Source: Chitinivibrionales bacterium
GTDB taxonomy: Bacteria > Fibrobacterota > Chitinivibrionia > Chitinivibrionales > WJKA01
Assembly (NCBI GenBank): GCA_014728295.1
Contig: WJLW01000083.1
Location: 149,860-213,859 of the forward strand
Direction of reading: 5' to 3'
Length of the DNA stretch: 64,000 bases
Within the stretch, counting starts at the first letter, position 1, and every line of letters starts with the position of its first letter. Positions 9,867-19,814 of this stretch are shown here, in pieces. The notes under the pieces were generated by a model. That model ran no database searches and was not told the DNA's origin. It worked only from the letters and a program-made list of their open reading frames with translations. The translations under genes and the position numbers were made by a program.

Positions 9867-10285
9867 ACTATCGCTCCGGTCGGCAATAGCAGGCAACACT
9901 CCACGTGCGTCAATTCGCAAGTATTCCCCGCAGCACATCTAGCCAATTAAAGATAAAATCCGCCGGTAGCTACAATTCGGTTCAGGGACGGGCCGCATAG
10001 TGCTTCAAACAACCAGTCCGACTATTGAGTCCCGACACATTACCCCTGCGCGTTGTACAGAATCGCCGAAGACCGGGCTCGGTTGAGTCGAAAGCAATAC
10101 CCTCAATGCCTTCCCCGCTCAAAAAGGTAGCCAAATCCTGAAATGTTGTGTATAATAGTCACTAGTCTAGTATGGAGAAGTTCCGTCCAACCTAAGCGCT
10201 TAAACTCGTGCTGGATTCCCGAGCATGCTCATAATCTACGGATAAATAATTGAGACAGGGAACCATTCCGAGCGTTAGAGTATCT

Positions 10286-12148
10286 ATGCAGTTTGATGGC
10301 ATCGAAAAGGATATTACCGTTTATCCGGCAGTGAATCGTCTTGCACTGCGCCGGACGATCGTTATGCCCGATGGGTCTCAGCCGGTTGCGCTTGGATCGG
10401 GGACCATTTCAAATTTCCTGGGTTCGGGGGGCATGGCGAATGTCTACGAGATCTGGAACCAGAGGCTGGAGGTTTATCGTGCGGTCAAGCTGATGAATCC
10501 GAATTGCGACGAGGAGTCTCTGGAGCGATTTCAAACCGAAATAAAAATCTGCGCAAAGCTGCACCACCCCAATATCATCGAAATCCACGGCGTTGGTGAA
10601 TGGAATGATCTTCCCTACATTGAAATGGAGAAAATTGACGGACGCACGCTGGAAGATTTGATCCGCCTGCGCGGTGCGCTTCCCGTCGAGGTGGCTGTAG
10701 CCATCGCCATTATGGCAGCGCGGGGATTGAAGCATGCGCATAATCAGGAATACGTCATTTACGGCAAAACGTATCACGGCGTAATTCATCGTGATTTGAA
10801 GCCGAACAACATCATGATATGCACAAACGGCGTGGCAAAAATTATGGACTTCGGTATTGCTCGACCGACCGAAGCTTCGTTTCATACCATGGCCGGGACC
10901 GTGGTCGGCACGCTTCAGTATTTGTCCCCCGAACAGATGAATGGTGAGATCCTCGACGTCAAGACGGATATCTACGCATTCGGTGCATCATTGTACGAAG
11001 CCATTACCGGCAAAATGGCTTTTCCCGAAAAAAACATACACAAACTGGTGCTTGACAAAAGCGAAAACAGATATATACCGCTTGAAAACTACGACATTAA
11101 AATTCCGGCCAGATTGAGAAAGCTCGTCCATAATTGTCTGCTGTTTGATCGCAACAAACGAATTGACAGAGTCGAAGCCATTCTTGCCGAACTTGACAAA
11201 GTGTATTGCGCTATGACCGGCAATTCGCCGCAATCGATTGTCCGCAAATATCTCGATAATGAAATAAAATTCGGCAAACTCGTCATTGAAACAAAAAAAC
11301 GCCTGCCGGTGCTGGCGATTGCGGCCGTGATTGCATTCATAGTCCTTGGCAGCGGCGTGTACCGGCTGGCACACTTTCTCAACCGCCGCAATGAGGAACC
11401 TGCCCCAATTGCGCAAGATTCCTCGATCACAAAGCTGGCCGTGACCGGCAATCCTGCCGGGGCCACAAGCGCCCAAAAGGACATCGCACGAGTCGGCAAA
11501 CCGGCCTCTCCCAAACCAGCAGCAGCTTCACGGCGCAACACACCGACACTCCAAACCGAAAAATCCAAAGCGTCAGAATCCGCACAGCCCAAAAAACTCA
11601 GCCTCAGCGAGAAGTTGCGGCGAAAATATGACACGCATAATCTGTTGCTCATTGTGGAGAATGAATACAAGGCCGGAAACTATCAGACGGTGGTCAGTCT
11701 GTTCAGCAAGCTGGACCCCAACCAGGCCGCTGCGACGAAAGCAGTAGTGTATACGCTGCGCTCGCTGGAGCGACAGCAAAGCTCCGGACTTGCCGATTTT
11801 CTAGGTACTCACCGCATTAACGATGCGGAATATTACCTGATCGCTGCGCGTGCGGCCTATAAAGCAGGTAATATAGCCAGGGCAAAAGAACTGATCTCCA
11901 GGAGCCTTTCTGCTCCCAAAGCACTCATAACCTACACCGAACTCAAACGGGAGGCGGGCTACTACCTTGCGCTGTGCGCCAGCCGGGAATTTGACGCGGC
12001 GCCTGATGAAGAGCATTATAAAAAGGCGCTTGAAGCGTGGTTCAATGTCAAAGGTCAATTTGTCGGCAACAGAGAGCATCGGTACTTCCAGAAAGCCGAA
12101 GCCGAAAGAAAGCGCATCGGCGCCAGGTTCAGGAGTTTGCAGGGATGA
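10286..12148 (+). CDS. Transmembrane Ser/Thr protein kinase (Hanks-type) with a C-terminal extracytoplasmic helical-repeat (TPR-like) domain
   Basis: Motifs seen: Gly-loop LGSGGMANVY, catalytic-Lys region AVKLM, HRDLKPNNIM, DFG (MDFGIA), and APE-like SPEQ. A TM helix VLAIAAVIAFIVLGSGVY follows the kinase domain. The ATG at 10286 is chosen over the TTG at 10250. Confidence 0.85.
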   Translation: MQFDGIEKDITVYPAVNRLALRRTIVMPDGSQPVALGSGTISNFLGSGGMANVYEIWNQRLEVYRAVKLMNPNCDEESLERFQTEIKICAKLHHPNIIEIHGVGEWNDLPYIEMEKIDGRTLEDLIRLRGALPVEVAVAIAIMAARGLKHAHNQEYVIYGKTYHGVIHRDLKPNNIMICTNGVAKIMDFGIARPTEASFHTMAGTVVGTLQYLSPEQMNGEILDVKTDIYAFGASLYEAITGKMAFPEKNIHKLVLDKSENRYIPLENYDIKIPARLRKLVHNCLLFDRNKRIDRVEAILAELDKVYCAMTGNSPQSIVRKYLDNEIKFGKLVIETKKRLPVLAIAAVIAFIVLGSGVYRLAHFLNRRNEEPAPIAQDSSITKLAVTGNPAGATSAQKDIARVGKPASPKPAAASRRNTPTLQTEKSKASESAQPKKLSLSEKLRRKYDTHNLLLIVENEYKAGNYQTVVSLFSKLDPNQAAATKAVVYTLRSLERQQSSGLADFLGTHRINDAEYYLIAARAAYKAGNIARAKELISRSLSAPKALITYTELKREAGYYLALCASREFDAAPDEEHYKKALEAWFNVKGQFVGNREHRYFQKAEAERKRIGARFRSLQG

Positions 12149-13047
12149 GCAAGCATTGGATATCAGCAGGGGTGCGATTTGCCGTTCTCATCGGTGCACT
12201 TTTTACCTGCACCTACTCGATGCAGCCGCTTGATGAGCACGCGCGACGTCAATTGACACTCGACACACTCTCCGGCCCATTGCCGAAGCTGATCAAGCAT
12301 CGCAAACTTCCCTACGTCGTAGCGGCCGACATCGAGGTGCCGGCGAATCGGTCGGTGACCATCGAACCGGGTGTGGTACTTGTATTTAAAAATTTTACCG
12401 GACTGCACGTACAGGGGCAGTTGATCGCTGAAGGCACACCGGCCAAACCAATTGTATTTACATCCGAGTACGACGGCGAACATAACCCGGCAAGCATCGA
12501 ATACGCCAACCCCTATGACTGGAACGGCATTTACATTCACGGCGGCGGAATCGGCAGCCGGTTCAAAGACTGTTTTGTGCTATACTCGGTATATGGCATT
12601 GTTACCGAAACGAAGTTCGTGCGCCTCGATCCGGTGATATTCATGTCGAACGGCAAAAGTGACTTTGTTGTCGAAACTGAAAAAAAAGAGACGGGAAACG
12701 GACCATTCCGCTATGTTTTGTCAACCAAAGACGCAACGGTTGACGGCGTATCGGTCAAGTTGCTGGAAGACCCGCTGGCGCCGCGGCGCAATCTGTTCAG
12801 ATACAGCGGTCTTGCTGCAACCATTGTCGGACTGGGTGTCGGTACGCTCTACCTTACCCAAATCAAGCCGGCGCAGGATAATTTGAACAATTACAGCACC
12901 ACGGATGCCGACAATTTGACAAATCATAGCGGCGCCGACTGGCACAATGCCAGAAAGCACCGAAACGCGACGGTGACAATGACCACACTCGGGGGGATTG
13001 TCGGCCTAATGGGGGCCACAGCCTTTGGCTGGAGCTTTACGTTTTAG
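12145..13047 (+). CDS. Membrane protein with an N-terminal signal/anchor, a beta-helix-like extracytoplasmic domain and two C-terminal TM helices
   Basis: The ATG at 12145 overlaps the kinase TGA (ATGA). The N-terminus MSKHWISAGVRFAVLIGALFTCTYS is hydrophobic. A pectate-lyase-like strand pattern follows (VTIEPGVVLVFKNFTGLHVQGQLIAEG). The C-terminal hydrophobic segments are GLAATIVGLGVGTLYL and LGGIVGLMGATAFGW. Confidence 0.5.
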   Translation: MSKHWISAGVRFAVLIGALFTCTYSMQPLDEHARRQLTLDTLSGPLPKLIKHRKLPYVVAADIEVPANRSVTIEPGVVLVFKNFTGLHVQGQLIAEGTPAKPIVFTSEYDGEHNPASIEYANPYDWNGIYIHGGGIGSRFKDCFVLYSVYGIVTETKFVRLDPVIFMSNGKSDFVVETEKKETGNGPFRYVLSTKDATVDGVSVKLLEDPLAPRRNLFRYSGLAATIVGLGVGTLYLTQIKPAQDNLNNYSTTDADNLTNHSGADWHNARKHRNATVTMTTLGGIVGLMGATAFGWSFTF

Positions 13048-13051
13048 CTGG

Positions 13052-16000
13052 ATGAAGCGTCTTATGAAAAAAAATGTACTGTGGGTAGTGCCTGTTTGCC
13101 TGGTAATGCTCTGCACCAATGACTACAACCCGTTCGGTGATGCGGCCAATGCGCGCATGGTCGTCAGCTCGATGTCCCTGGCCCTTGAAGACGGCGACAC
13201 CGCAGCTATTTTCAGCACCGACACGCTCTGGATTTCTCCGGCAGTTGTCGAGCTGATCGATTCGTTTTCGATATCGATACCCGGCAACCGCTTCTGGACG
13301 GATACCTGCATCGCAAAGCCGGCAAAGGACGATTACGGTTTTGCCGTTTCATTTTACCAGACGGGAAAGCACCAGATTTTCATTACCACCCATCGCACCT
13401 CGGGAACACACGAAACAAATGCATTGGGTGTTTTCGTCACATCTCCACTCGGGCAGCACGACGTCCATGCCCTGGCCGGCTACCCCTGTACACTTTCAAC
13501 CAGTCCCGTGCAGGATGCCGACATAATTTACACCTGGTCATTCGGTGCCAAAGTGCAGCAACAGATAGAATCTCCTTCCGAAATGCTGATTACGTCAATT
13601 CTGCAACGTGACAGCATGCCGGGCCTGTTGTGGGTTTCGGATGCACGGAAAAGATTCCATTCGCCCAAAGTAGAATTTTCAATTGTGATCAGTGACAGCG
13701 TCGGGCCGTCAATTGCGTGCGTTAACGATTCGCTGCTCGGCACCGACACCGTCCTTGCCGGGGAGAACACGTTTCTTTTCAAACTGGAAGTGAACGATCC
13801 GGGCGGCGTGGGCACCGTTTCGATGAATGGGACGGTGATTTCTGATATCTCCAAGCCGCTCTACGTCAATCGATACAACAACATGTCCGATTACGAAGAT
13901 TCGGTTTTTACCGTAAAAGTGCTGGCGCAGGATAAGCATGGAAACACGCGGGAGAAATGGTTTTGGCTCACCTACGACGGAAGTCTGCCATCTGCATATA
14001 CTACCAGCATTGTCATCGATAACATCACCGGCGATTCCGCCACGACCAACAAGCCCTCCTATACGATTTTCGGTTCGCTGCGTGAGTATAATGAAAGTCG
14101 CGTCTGGGTAAGCGCACAGGTAAACGGCGTGTCGCTCAACACTGCCGCCCTCGAAGTGAATGTTGCCAATGAAGTCGGCGCCTGGAATCGAACGGTCAGC
14201 CTCGATACGGGATTGAATGTGGTTGACATTCTGGTGAAAGACCGCAATGATACGCACCTGGCCAGGAGCTCAGTTTCGATATATCACGATCCGGATGCCG
14301 TTGACAAAATCAAACCCCGCATACTCCAGGTCGAGATCAACGAAAAAGAAGCGATTCCTTTCAGCAATCACATAGTTCGTGACAGCAGCTTTTCGCTTCG
14401 GGCGCTTACGTTTGATGAAAGCGGAATAGACAGCGTTATTATGCACCATCCCGACATTGCGGTCGAGCAGGACGGGTTTTACTGGCTTGGCAGGAACCTC
14501 CTTGCCGAACATGATGATTCGATGCTGGTAGTTATCTCAGCAAAAGACAGCGCAGGCAACTGGGGAACCTTTCATTTTTATGTACAGCAGAACAGGATTG
14601 CGGACATTGCGGATTTCGATCTGTGGCCGCAACAGCTCATCGTTACCAGTGAGCTTGCAATCGATTTTACCGTGCAGGACGAGGACCCGGTAATCCCGGA
14701 ATTGAAATTTGGATGGCACAAGCCGCAAAGCGTGGTGCTGAGCAATCTAAATGGCTTGAACAACTGGCGCCTGAAGGTCGATCCCGCTGATGATGATACC
14801 GGAACGTTCAGCATCGGCCTGAAGCTGGATGACGGTCTTGAGGATACCACACAATACTGGACATTTGCCATCCTGGCTGATTCCTCGGATTTAATTCGAA
14901 TCAAAACGACAAAAAGTTCATTTCCGGATTTTATCGAGTTGGGGGATACTCTTGCCACCGACATTCAGATACAAAGCGGTACCGGTGCCGAACCGTTTTA
15001 TTTTCAGGTGAAGGAGTTGACTACGGGCAGTGTTTTGCTGGACAAATCAACGAATTCGGAACAAAGGGCATTTAGCTGGAAACCGCAGTCATCCGACGTT
15101 GGTTACAGGACGCTGGAGATTTCCGTTCGCGACAATACCGGGTGGGCTGACACGCTTATTGTGGGCCTTGAGGTGCTACCATCAAATCAGAATAGCCCAC
15201 CGGCTTTTTCCGCAGGCTTCGACAGCGCACTTGATACAACGGGTGGCATAGTCAATCTCAGCAATCCCGATACGACGTTCTCATTAACATATCATCTTAT
15301 CGATAATGACGACCCGCGCGTTGACAAACACACATTTGCCGTGTCCGGTCCGGCGACCTTTACCTTCAGCAGCGATTCGACAACAATTAGCGCAACGGTC
15401 AATACCGCACATATCGATACTGCCGACACCATAAAAATGTGGGTAGTTGACGGAACCGGCAACAAAGATTCGGTAATTACTCCCCTGAGACTAGCGGCGA
15501 TTGCCGCAACTGACGGCATCCCCCCGGATAGTATTGACAACTTTCGGGCCTGGCTTGATCCGGCGGAAGATGTAGTGTACGACGCAGGCGACAGTTCAGT
15601 CACGGCGTGGCACAGCAAACACATTGCAGGGATTAGCGAAAAAGTCACCTTTGAAGACAGGTCGTCTTCCAGCAGACCCACACTGGTTTATGATGCACAA
15701 TTGAAGCAGAATGTGATTGAGTTCAGCGGAACCGACCGGCTCGCAGACGATGATGGCGTACAGCAATGGGAGAAGGATCCCTTTACCTTTTTTGTCGTTG
15801 CAACGATAATGTGGAATTCTGAGCCGGAATTTAAATCTCTCATCTCTCCGGGGTCTCAGCCTGAGTTTTCGTTGGGGATAACCGATGCGTTCAAGGCCGG
15901 AATAAACTACAACGATATCAGCACGAATACCGACACGGGAATAGGCTTCCTGCCTGTGTCCAAGGATGCCTGGTATGTATATGCGTATGCATCTTCCGGA

Positions 16001-16249
16001 CACAGCGGCAATAGTATCGAAGTTGACGTCTGGGTCAACGGCACAAAATCGATTCCATCGCCTCAGTCGCATCAAAGCAACGGAAGCGGCTATCTGGTGC
16101 TCGGCTCTGCCCATGTGGGGTCAAATTACACTACTTTTGACGGACGGATGGCCGATATCTGCTATTATCAGCGGAAATTGTCCGATGGTGAAATCGAAGC
16201 GGTATCTACCTGGTTGCTGGAAAAATACGATCTCACACCAAAGTGGTAG
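13052..16249 (+). CDS. Giant (about 1065 aa) secreted or cell-surface protein with multiple Ig-like/cadherin-like repeats and a C-terminal LamG/concanavalin-like domain
   Basis: The ATG at 13052 lies 4 nt after the upstream stop. The signal sequence is MKRLMKKNVLWVVPVCLVMLC. The body consists of repetitive D/T/S-rich beta-sandwich-like segments. The C-terminus (YLVLGSAHVGSNYTTFDGRMADICYYQRKLSDGEIEAVSTWL) matches the LamG_3 pattern. Confidence 0.6.
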   Translation: MKRLMKKNVLWVVPVCLVMLCTNDYNPFGDAANARMVVSSMSLALEDGDTAAIFSTDTLWISPAVVELIDSFSISIPGNRFWTDTCIAKPAKDDYGFAVSFYQTGKHQIFITTHRTSGTHETNALGVFVTSPLGQHDVHALAGYPCTLSTSPVQDADIIYTWSFGAKVQQQIESPSEMLITSILQRDSMPGLLWVSDARKRFHSPKVEFSIVISDSVGPSIACVNDSLLGTDTVLAGENTFLFKLEVNDPGGVGTVSMNGTVISDISKPLYVNRYNNMSDYEDSVFTVKVLAQDKHGNTREKWFWLTYDGSLPSAYTTSIVIDNITGDSATTNKPSYTIFGSLREYNESRVWVSAQVNGVSLNTAALEVNVANEVGAWNRTVSLDTGLNVVDILVKDRNDTHLARSSVSIYHDPDAVDKIKPRILQVEINEKEAIPFSNHIVRDSSFSLRALTFDESGIDSVIMHHPDIAVEQDGFYWLGRNLLAEHDDSMLVVISAKDSAGNWGTFHFYVQQNRIADIADFDLWPQQLIVTSELAIDFTVQDEDPVIPELKFGWHKPQSVVLSNLNGLNNWRLKVDPADDDTGTFSIGLKLDDGLEDTTQYWTFAILADSSDLIRIKTTKSSFPDFIELGDTLATDIQIQSGTGAEPFYFQVKELTTGSVLLDKSTNSEQRAFSWKPQSSDVGYRTLEISVRDNTGWADTLIVGLEVLPSNQNSPPAFSAGFDSALDTTGGIVNLSNPDTTFSLTYHLIDNDDPRVDKHTFAVSGPATFTFSSDSTTISATVNTAHIDTADTIKMWVVDGTGNKDSVITPLRLAAIAATDGIPPDSIDNFRAWLDPAEDVVYDAGDSSVTAWHSKHIAGISEKVTFEDRSSSSRPTLVYDAQLKQNVIEFSGTDRLADDDGVQQWEKDPFTFFVVATIMWNSEPEFKSLISPGSQPEFSLGITDAFKAGINYNDISTNTDTGIGFLPVSKDAWYVYAYASSGHSGNSIEVDVWVNGTKSIPSPQSHQSNGSGYLVLGSAHVGSNYTTFDGRMADICYYQRKLSDGEIEAVSTWLLEKYDLTPKW

Positions 16250-16251
16250 TA

Positions 16252-16836
16252 TCAAGCCCTGAAGCATTTTTGCTCATGATCGTTGACCATGCCCGTGGCC
16301 TGCATATGGGCATAACATATTACGGGCCCGACGAATTTGAATCCCCGTTTGTATAAATCTTTGCTCATCGCGTCCGATTCGGGCGTACTTGCAGGAACAT
16401 CCTGCCAACTGCGATAGGGCACTTTGGGTTGCAGCGTCTGGTAGTTGGTAAATTGCCAGATGTAGTTGTCAAATGATCCGAATTCTTTGCGTACCTCAAT
16501 GAAGCGCCGGGCATTGTTGACGGCCGCATTAACTTTGAGCTTGTTGCGAATGATGCCTTTGTCGTTGAGCAAGCGGTCGATATCTTTTTGTGTGTATTGT
16601 GCAATTTTGCGCCAATCCCAGTTGCTGAATGCTTTGCGAAAATGCTCCCTCCGCTTGAGAATGGTTATCCAGCTCAATCCCGCCTGAAACCCCTCGAGGA
16701 TCAGAAACTCAAATAATTTGCGATCGTCATGAACGGGAACGCCCCATTCATTGTCGTGATAGTCAATGTAAACGGGGTCGGTCCCCGCCCAAAAGCAGCG
16801 TTGCTTTGCTTTCACAAAGGGCCTCCGCAATGGCAA
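16252..16836 (-). CDS. tag: DNA-3-methyladenine glycosylase I
   Basis: QRCFWAGTDPVYIDYHDNEWGVPVHDDRKLFEFLILEGFQAGLSWITIL closely parallels the E. coli Tag N-terminus (RCGWV..DPLYIAYHDNEWGVP). The start is TTG at 16836 or GTG at 16815; either overlaps the 3' end of ispD. Confidence 0.8.
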   Translation of the reverse strand: MPLRRPFVKAKQRCFWAGTDPVYIDYHDNEWGVPVHDDRKLFEFLILEGFQAGLSWITILKRREHFRKAFSNWDWRKIAQYTQKDIDRLLNDKGIIRNKLKVNAAVNNARRFIEVRKEFGSFDNYIWQFTNYQTLQPKVPYRSWQDVPASTPESDAMSKDLYKRGFKFVGPVICYAHMQATGMVNDHEQKCFRA

Positions 16837-17488
16837 GGTCGGTTGGGGTGGTGATTTTGAAATTCAGTGAGTTGCAGAATGCGATACCGGTGGTGTGTCC
16901 GATTTTTTCCATGAGCATGGCTTCATCGGTGGGCACGGGATGCATATGAGCCGCACGGGAGAAAGCATCCAGCAGCGCTTTTCTGTGAAACAGTTGCGGC
17001 GTGCCGACGCGCGCAAGCTCGGTGCGATCAAGTGTTTCCGTGCAGGCGTCACCGCAATAGCGCCGCACCGTATCGACGACGGTCGTGGCGATGATCGCAG
17101 ATTTGAAGCTGTGCCGTTTCTGCAGCAGGGCGTCGATTATTTCGTGGTTGACAAAGGGACGCGCCGCATCGTGAATCATTACCCACTCGCATGAGTCATC
17201 GCTTGCGGCAACACCGTTCAGCGTGGACTGCCAGCGATGCTCGCCACCCGCAACGATGTTCCATGCGTGCTTCGAGCCGAGTGTTGCCAGATGCGAGTCG
17301 GTAGCGTGCGTACGCGCCTGGGGAACGACGATGATTCCCTGTGACGTTGCCTCGTGAGAATCGAATTGCTCCAGTGACCACTGATACAAAGGCTTGTTGC
17401 CGAGCGTGATGTAGGCCTTGGGAATCCCGGCGCCGAGTCTGGAACCGGCCCCGGCAGCTACGATTATTGAAGCCAGGGAAATGGGCAT
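16763..17488 (-). CDS. ispD: 2-C-methyl-D-erythritol 4-phosphate cytidylyltransferase
   Basis: An ATG at 17486-17488 starts MPISLASIIVAAGAGSRLGAGIPKAY, the IspD P-loop-like motif. Further matches include IHDAARPF and the GTPQLF region. Confidence 0.85.
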   Translation of the reverse strand: MPISLASIIVAAGAGSRLGAGIPKAYITLGNKPLYQWSLEQFDSHEATSQGIIVVPQARTHATDSHLATLGSKHAWNIVAGGEHRWQSTLNGVAASDDSCEWVMIHDAARPFVNHEIIDALLQKRHSFKSAIIATTVVDTVRRYCGDACTETLDRTELARVGTPQLFHRKALLDAFSRAAHMHPVPTDEAMLMEKIGHTTGIAFCNSLNFKITTPTDLAIAEALCESKATLLLGGDRPRLH

Positions 17489-17520
17489 AATATCGTCATT
17501 GCACAGGTTACGGAACTGAT

Positions 17521-18411
17521 CTATATCTGCAAATCCGCCGCCGCCGCATTTTCGACTACCTGCCGCACGTCTTTGCAGCCCGGAATCACGCAACTTACTA
17601 CCGGATTTTTCAGACACCAGGCCAACGCCCATTGCGCCAGGGAAATACCTTCCGGAACTTCCTCACGGGCGATGCGTTGGGCTTCTTTGATTTTCGAGAG
17701 GCGTTTCTCATCCGAATGCGAGGCACGCACATCATTTTCGCCAAAGGTCGAGTCTAGCGTGTATTTGCCGCTCAAATAGCCGCTGGCCAGGGGAACACGG
17801 GCCAGGATGCCGAGATTCTGCGACTTCGCAATCGGTAAAAGCTCCAGCTCGGCATTGTTGTCGATTCGATTGTAAACCAGTTGTAAAGCCTCCGCGCCAA
17901 CACGGGAAGCATCCTGTGCCTGTCGAATACTGAGATTACTGCCGATCGATACGCCGACATGCAGGATCTTACCTGCTTCTTTCTGTCTGGCGAGCATTTC
18001 CCACAAACCATCGGTATCAAAGTGCTCGTCGCTACCGGAATGGAACTGGTATAGGTCAATATGATCCGTCTGCAGTGCTGCGAGTGAATCTTCAAGTTGC
18101 CTGCGGACTTCCTCCGGTTTCCAATGCCAGGTGCGTTGGAGGTGTTTGTGAAACTTATGCCCGAATTTGGTTGCCACGATCCATTGGTCGCGCCTGTCTT
18201 TCAGCGCCCCGCCAACCAAACGCTCGGAAGTATGATCGCCGTAGCATTCTGCTGTGTCAACCAGATTGACGCCCAGATCCTGGGCTTTGTGCATAATGGC
18301 ATCAGCCTCCGCCTGCGAATACTCTTTGCCCCATTCCCCGCCAAACTGCCATGTACCGACCCCAATGACGGAGATGTTCATGTTTGTTTTACCAAGTGTT
18401 CTGAATTGCAT
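17521..18411 (-). CDS. Aldo/keto reductase family oxidoreductase
   Basis: MQFRTLGKTNMNISVIGVGTWQFGGEWG resembles the AKR N-terminus. Further AKR motifs are DTAECYGDHTSE, LYQFHSGSD and IPGCKDVRQVVENA. Confidence 0.85.
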   Translation of the reverse strand: MQFRTLGKTNMNISVIGVGTWQFGGEWGKEYSQAEADAIMHKAQDLGVNLVDTAECYGDHTSERLVGGALKDRRDQWIVATKFGHKFHKHLQRTWHWKPEEVRRQLEDSLAALQTDHIDLYQFHSGSDEHFDTDGLWEMLARQKEAGKILHVGVSIGSNLSIRQAQDASRVGAEALQLVYNRIDNNAELELLPIAKSQNLGILARVPLASGYLSGKYTLDSTFGENDVRASHSDEKRLSKIKEAQRIAREEVPEGISLAQWALAWCLKNPVVSCVIPGCKDVRQVVENAAAADLQI

Positions 18412-18564
18412 GTTTTGCCTTTCTTTGTTTTCGGGGCGAAGCGAACCGCTTGCCGGTGCTTCTATTTAGGCTTTCCGGCTAATCGATCTGCTCACCTTTT
18501 CCGTCACGGTGGCATGCTTCAAAAAACCAGCATGCGCCCTTCGCGAGTAAATATACTCTGCCTT

Positions 18565-19764
18565 CTACCTCCGTTCAACCATCCCCGCAACCTTCATCGA
18601 CAACCCGAACAACCGGATAAACCCGGCGGCATCTTTCTGGTCGTACAACTCGGTATCACTGAACGAAGCCAGGTCTTTCAGATAAAGCGACGTATCCGCC
18701 CGGGTGCCCGCCGGTACAATGTTGCCTTTGTAGAGCTTGAGCCGCACCGTGCCGCTTACCCTCTGCTGGGTGACGGCGACAAACGCATCCATTGCCTCAC
18801 GCAAAGCAGTATACCACTGGCCGTTATAGACCAGCTCCGCATATTTGCAGGCCAGGGTTTCTTTGTAAGCAAGTGTGGTACGATCCAGAACCAGCCGTTC
18901 CAGCTCGCCGTGAGCAGCATACAATATCGACCCGCCCGGTGTTTCGTATACACCGCGCGACTTGATCCCGACCAGACGATTTTCGACCATGTCGACATGG
19001 CCGATTGCATGGATTGCGCCGATCTTATTGAGGGTGCTCATCAATTCGACCGGGCCGAGGTCTTTGCTGTTAACGGCGACTGGTGTACCTTTGTTAAAGC
19101 GAATCTCTACATATTCAGCTTTATCGGGCGCCGTCTCAATGGTATTGGATATCGTGAAGACATCATCAGGCGGCTCGGATGCCGGGTTTTCAAGTACGCC
19201 ACCCTCATGGCTGATATGCCAGATGTTGCGATCTTCGGAATAGATGCGCTTCTTTGATTGACTGATTGGAATATTGCGCTGCTCGGCATATTCGATGCAA
19301 TCCTCACGCGAGTGCAGCGTCCATTGCGGATCTTTCCAAGGTGCGATAATTTTGAGTGAAGGATCAAGTGCCATGTAGGTCAATTCAAAACGTACCTGGT
19401 CGTTGCCTTTGCCGGTTGCACCATGTGCTACCATGGTGGCGCCCTCTTTTTGCGCAATTTCAACCTGGCGTTTCGCAATAAGCGGACGGGCAAAACTGGT
19501 TCCCAGCAGATAGTGCGACTCATAAACAGCGTGTGCTTTGAGCGTCGGATAGATGTAGTCTTTAACAAACTCTTCACGCAGGTCTTCGATATAAATTTTT
19601 GATGCGCCGGTTTTAAGCGCTTTTTCGTTCAGGCCCTCCAGCTCTTCTTCCTGGCCTAAATCTGCTGCCATGGCGATTACTTCGCATTGGTAGGTTTCCT
19701 TGAGCCAGGGGATCATGACTGAGGTATCCAGGCCGCCGGAGTATGCCAATACAACTTTTTCCAT
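18565..19764 (-). CDS. argG: Argininosuccinate synthase
   Basis: [16 protein letters not shown] is the PP-loop SGGxDTS motif. The ArgG motifs [16 protein letters not shown] and [13 protein letters not shown] are present. Confidence 0.95.
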   Translation of the reverse strand: MEKVVLAYSGGLDTSVMIPWLKETYQCEVIAMAADLGQEEELEGLNEKALKTGASKIYIEDLREEFVKDYIYPTLKAHAVYESHYLLGTSFARPLIAKRQVEIAQKEGATMVAHGATGKGNDQVRFELTYMALDPSLKIIAPWKDPQWTLHSREDCIEYAEQRNIPISQSKKRIYSEDRNIWHISHEGGVLENPASEPPDDVFTISNTIETAPDKAEYVEIRFNKGTPVAVNSKDLGPVELMSTLNKIGAIHAIGHVDMVENRLVGIKSRGVYETPGGSILYAAHGELERLVLDRTTLAYKETLACKYAELVYNGQWYTALREAMDAFVAVTQQRVSGTVRLKLYKGNIVPAGTRADTSLYLKDLASFSDTELYDQKDAAGFIRLFGLSMKVAGMVERR

Positions 19765-19814
19765 AGTGCCGTTTCCTTTCGTGTATTTGTCAATTATCTG
19801 ATAGTGGAATATAC

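Noticed and set aside
18097-19257. 386-aa plus-strand ORF spanning the aldo/keto reductase and argG loci
   Set aside because: It is antisense to two genes with strong family signatures (SGGxDTS in ArgG, AKR motifs). It would have to span an intergenic region.
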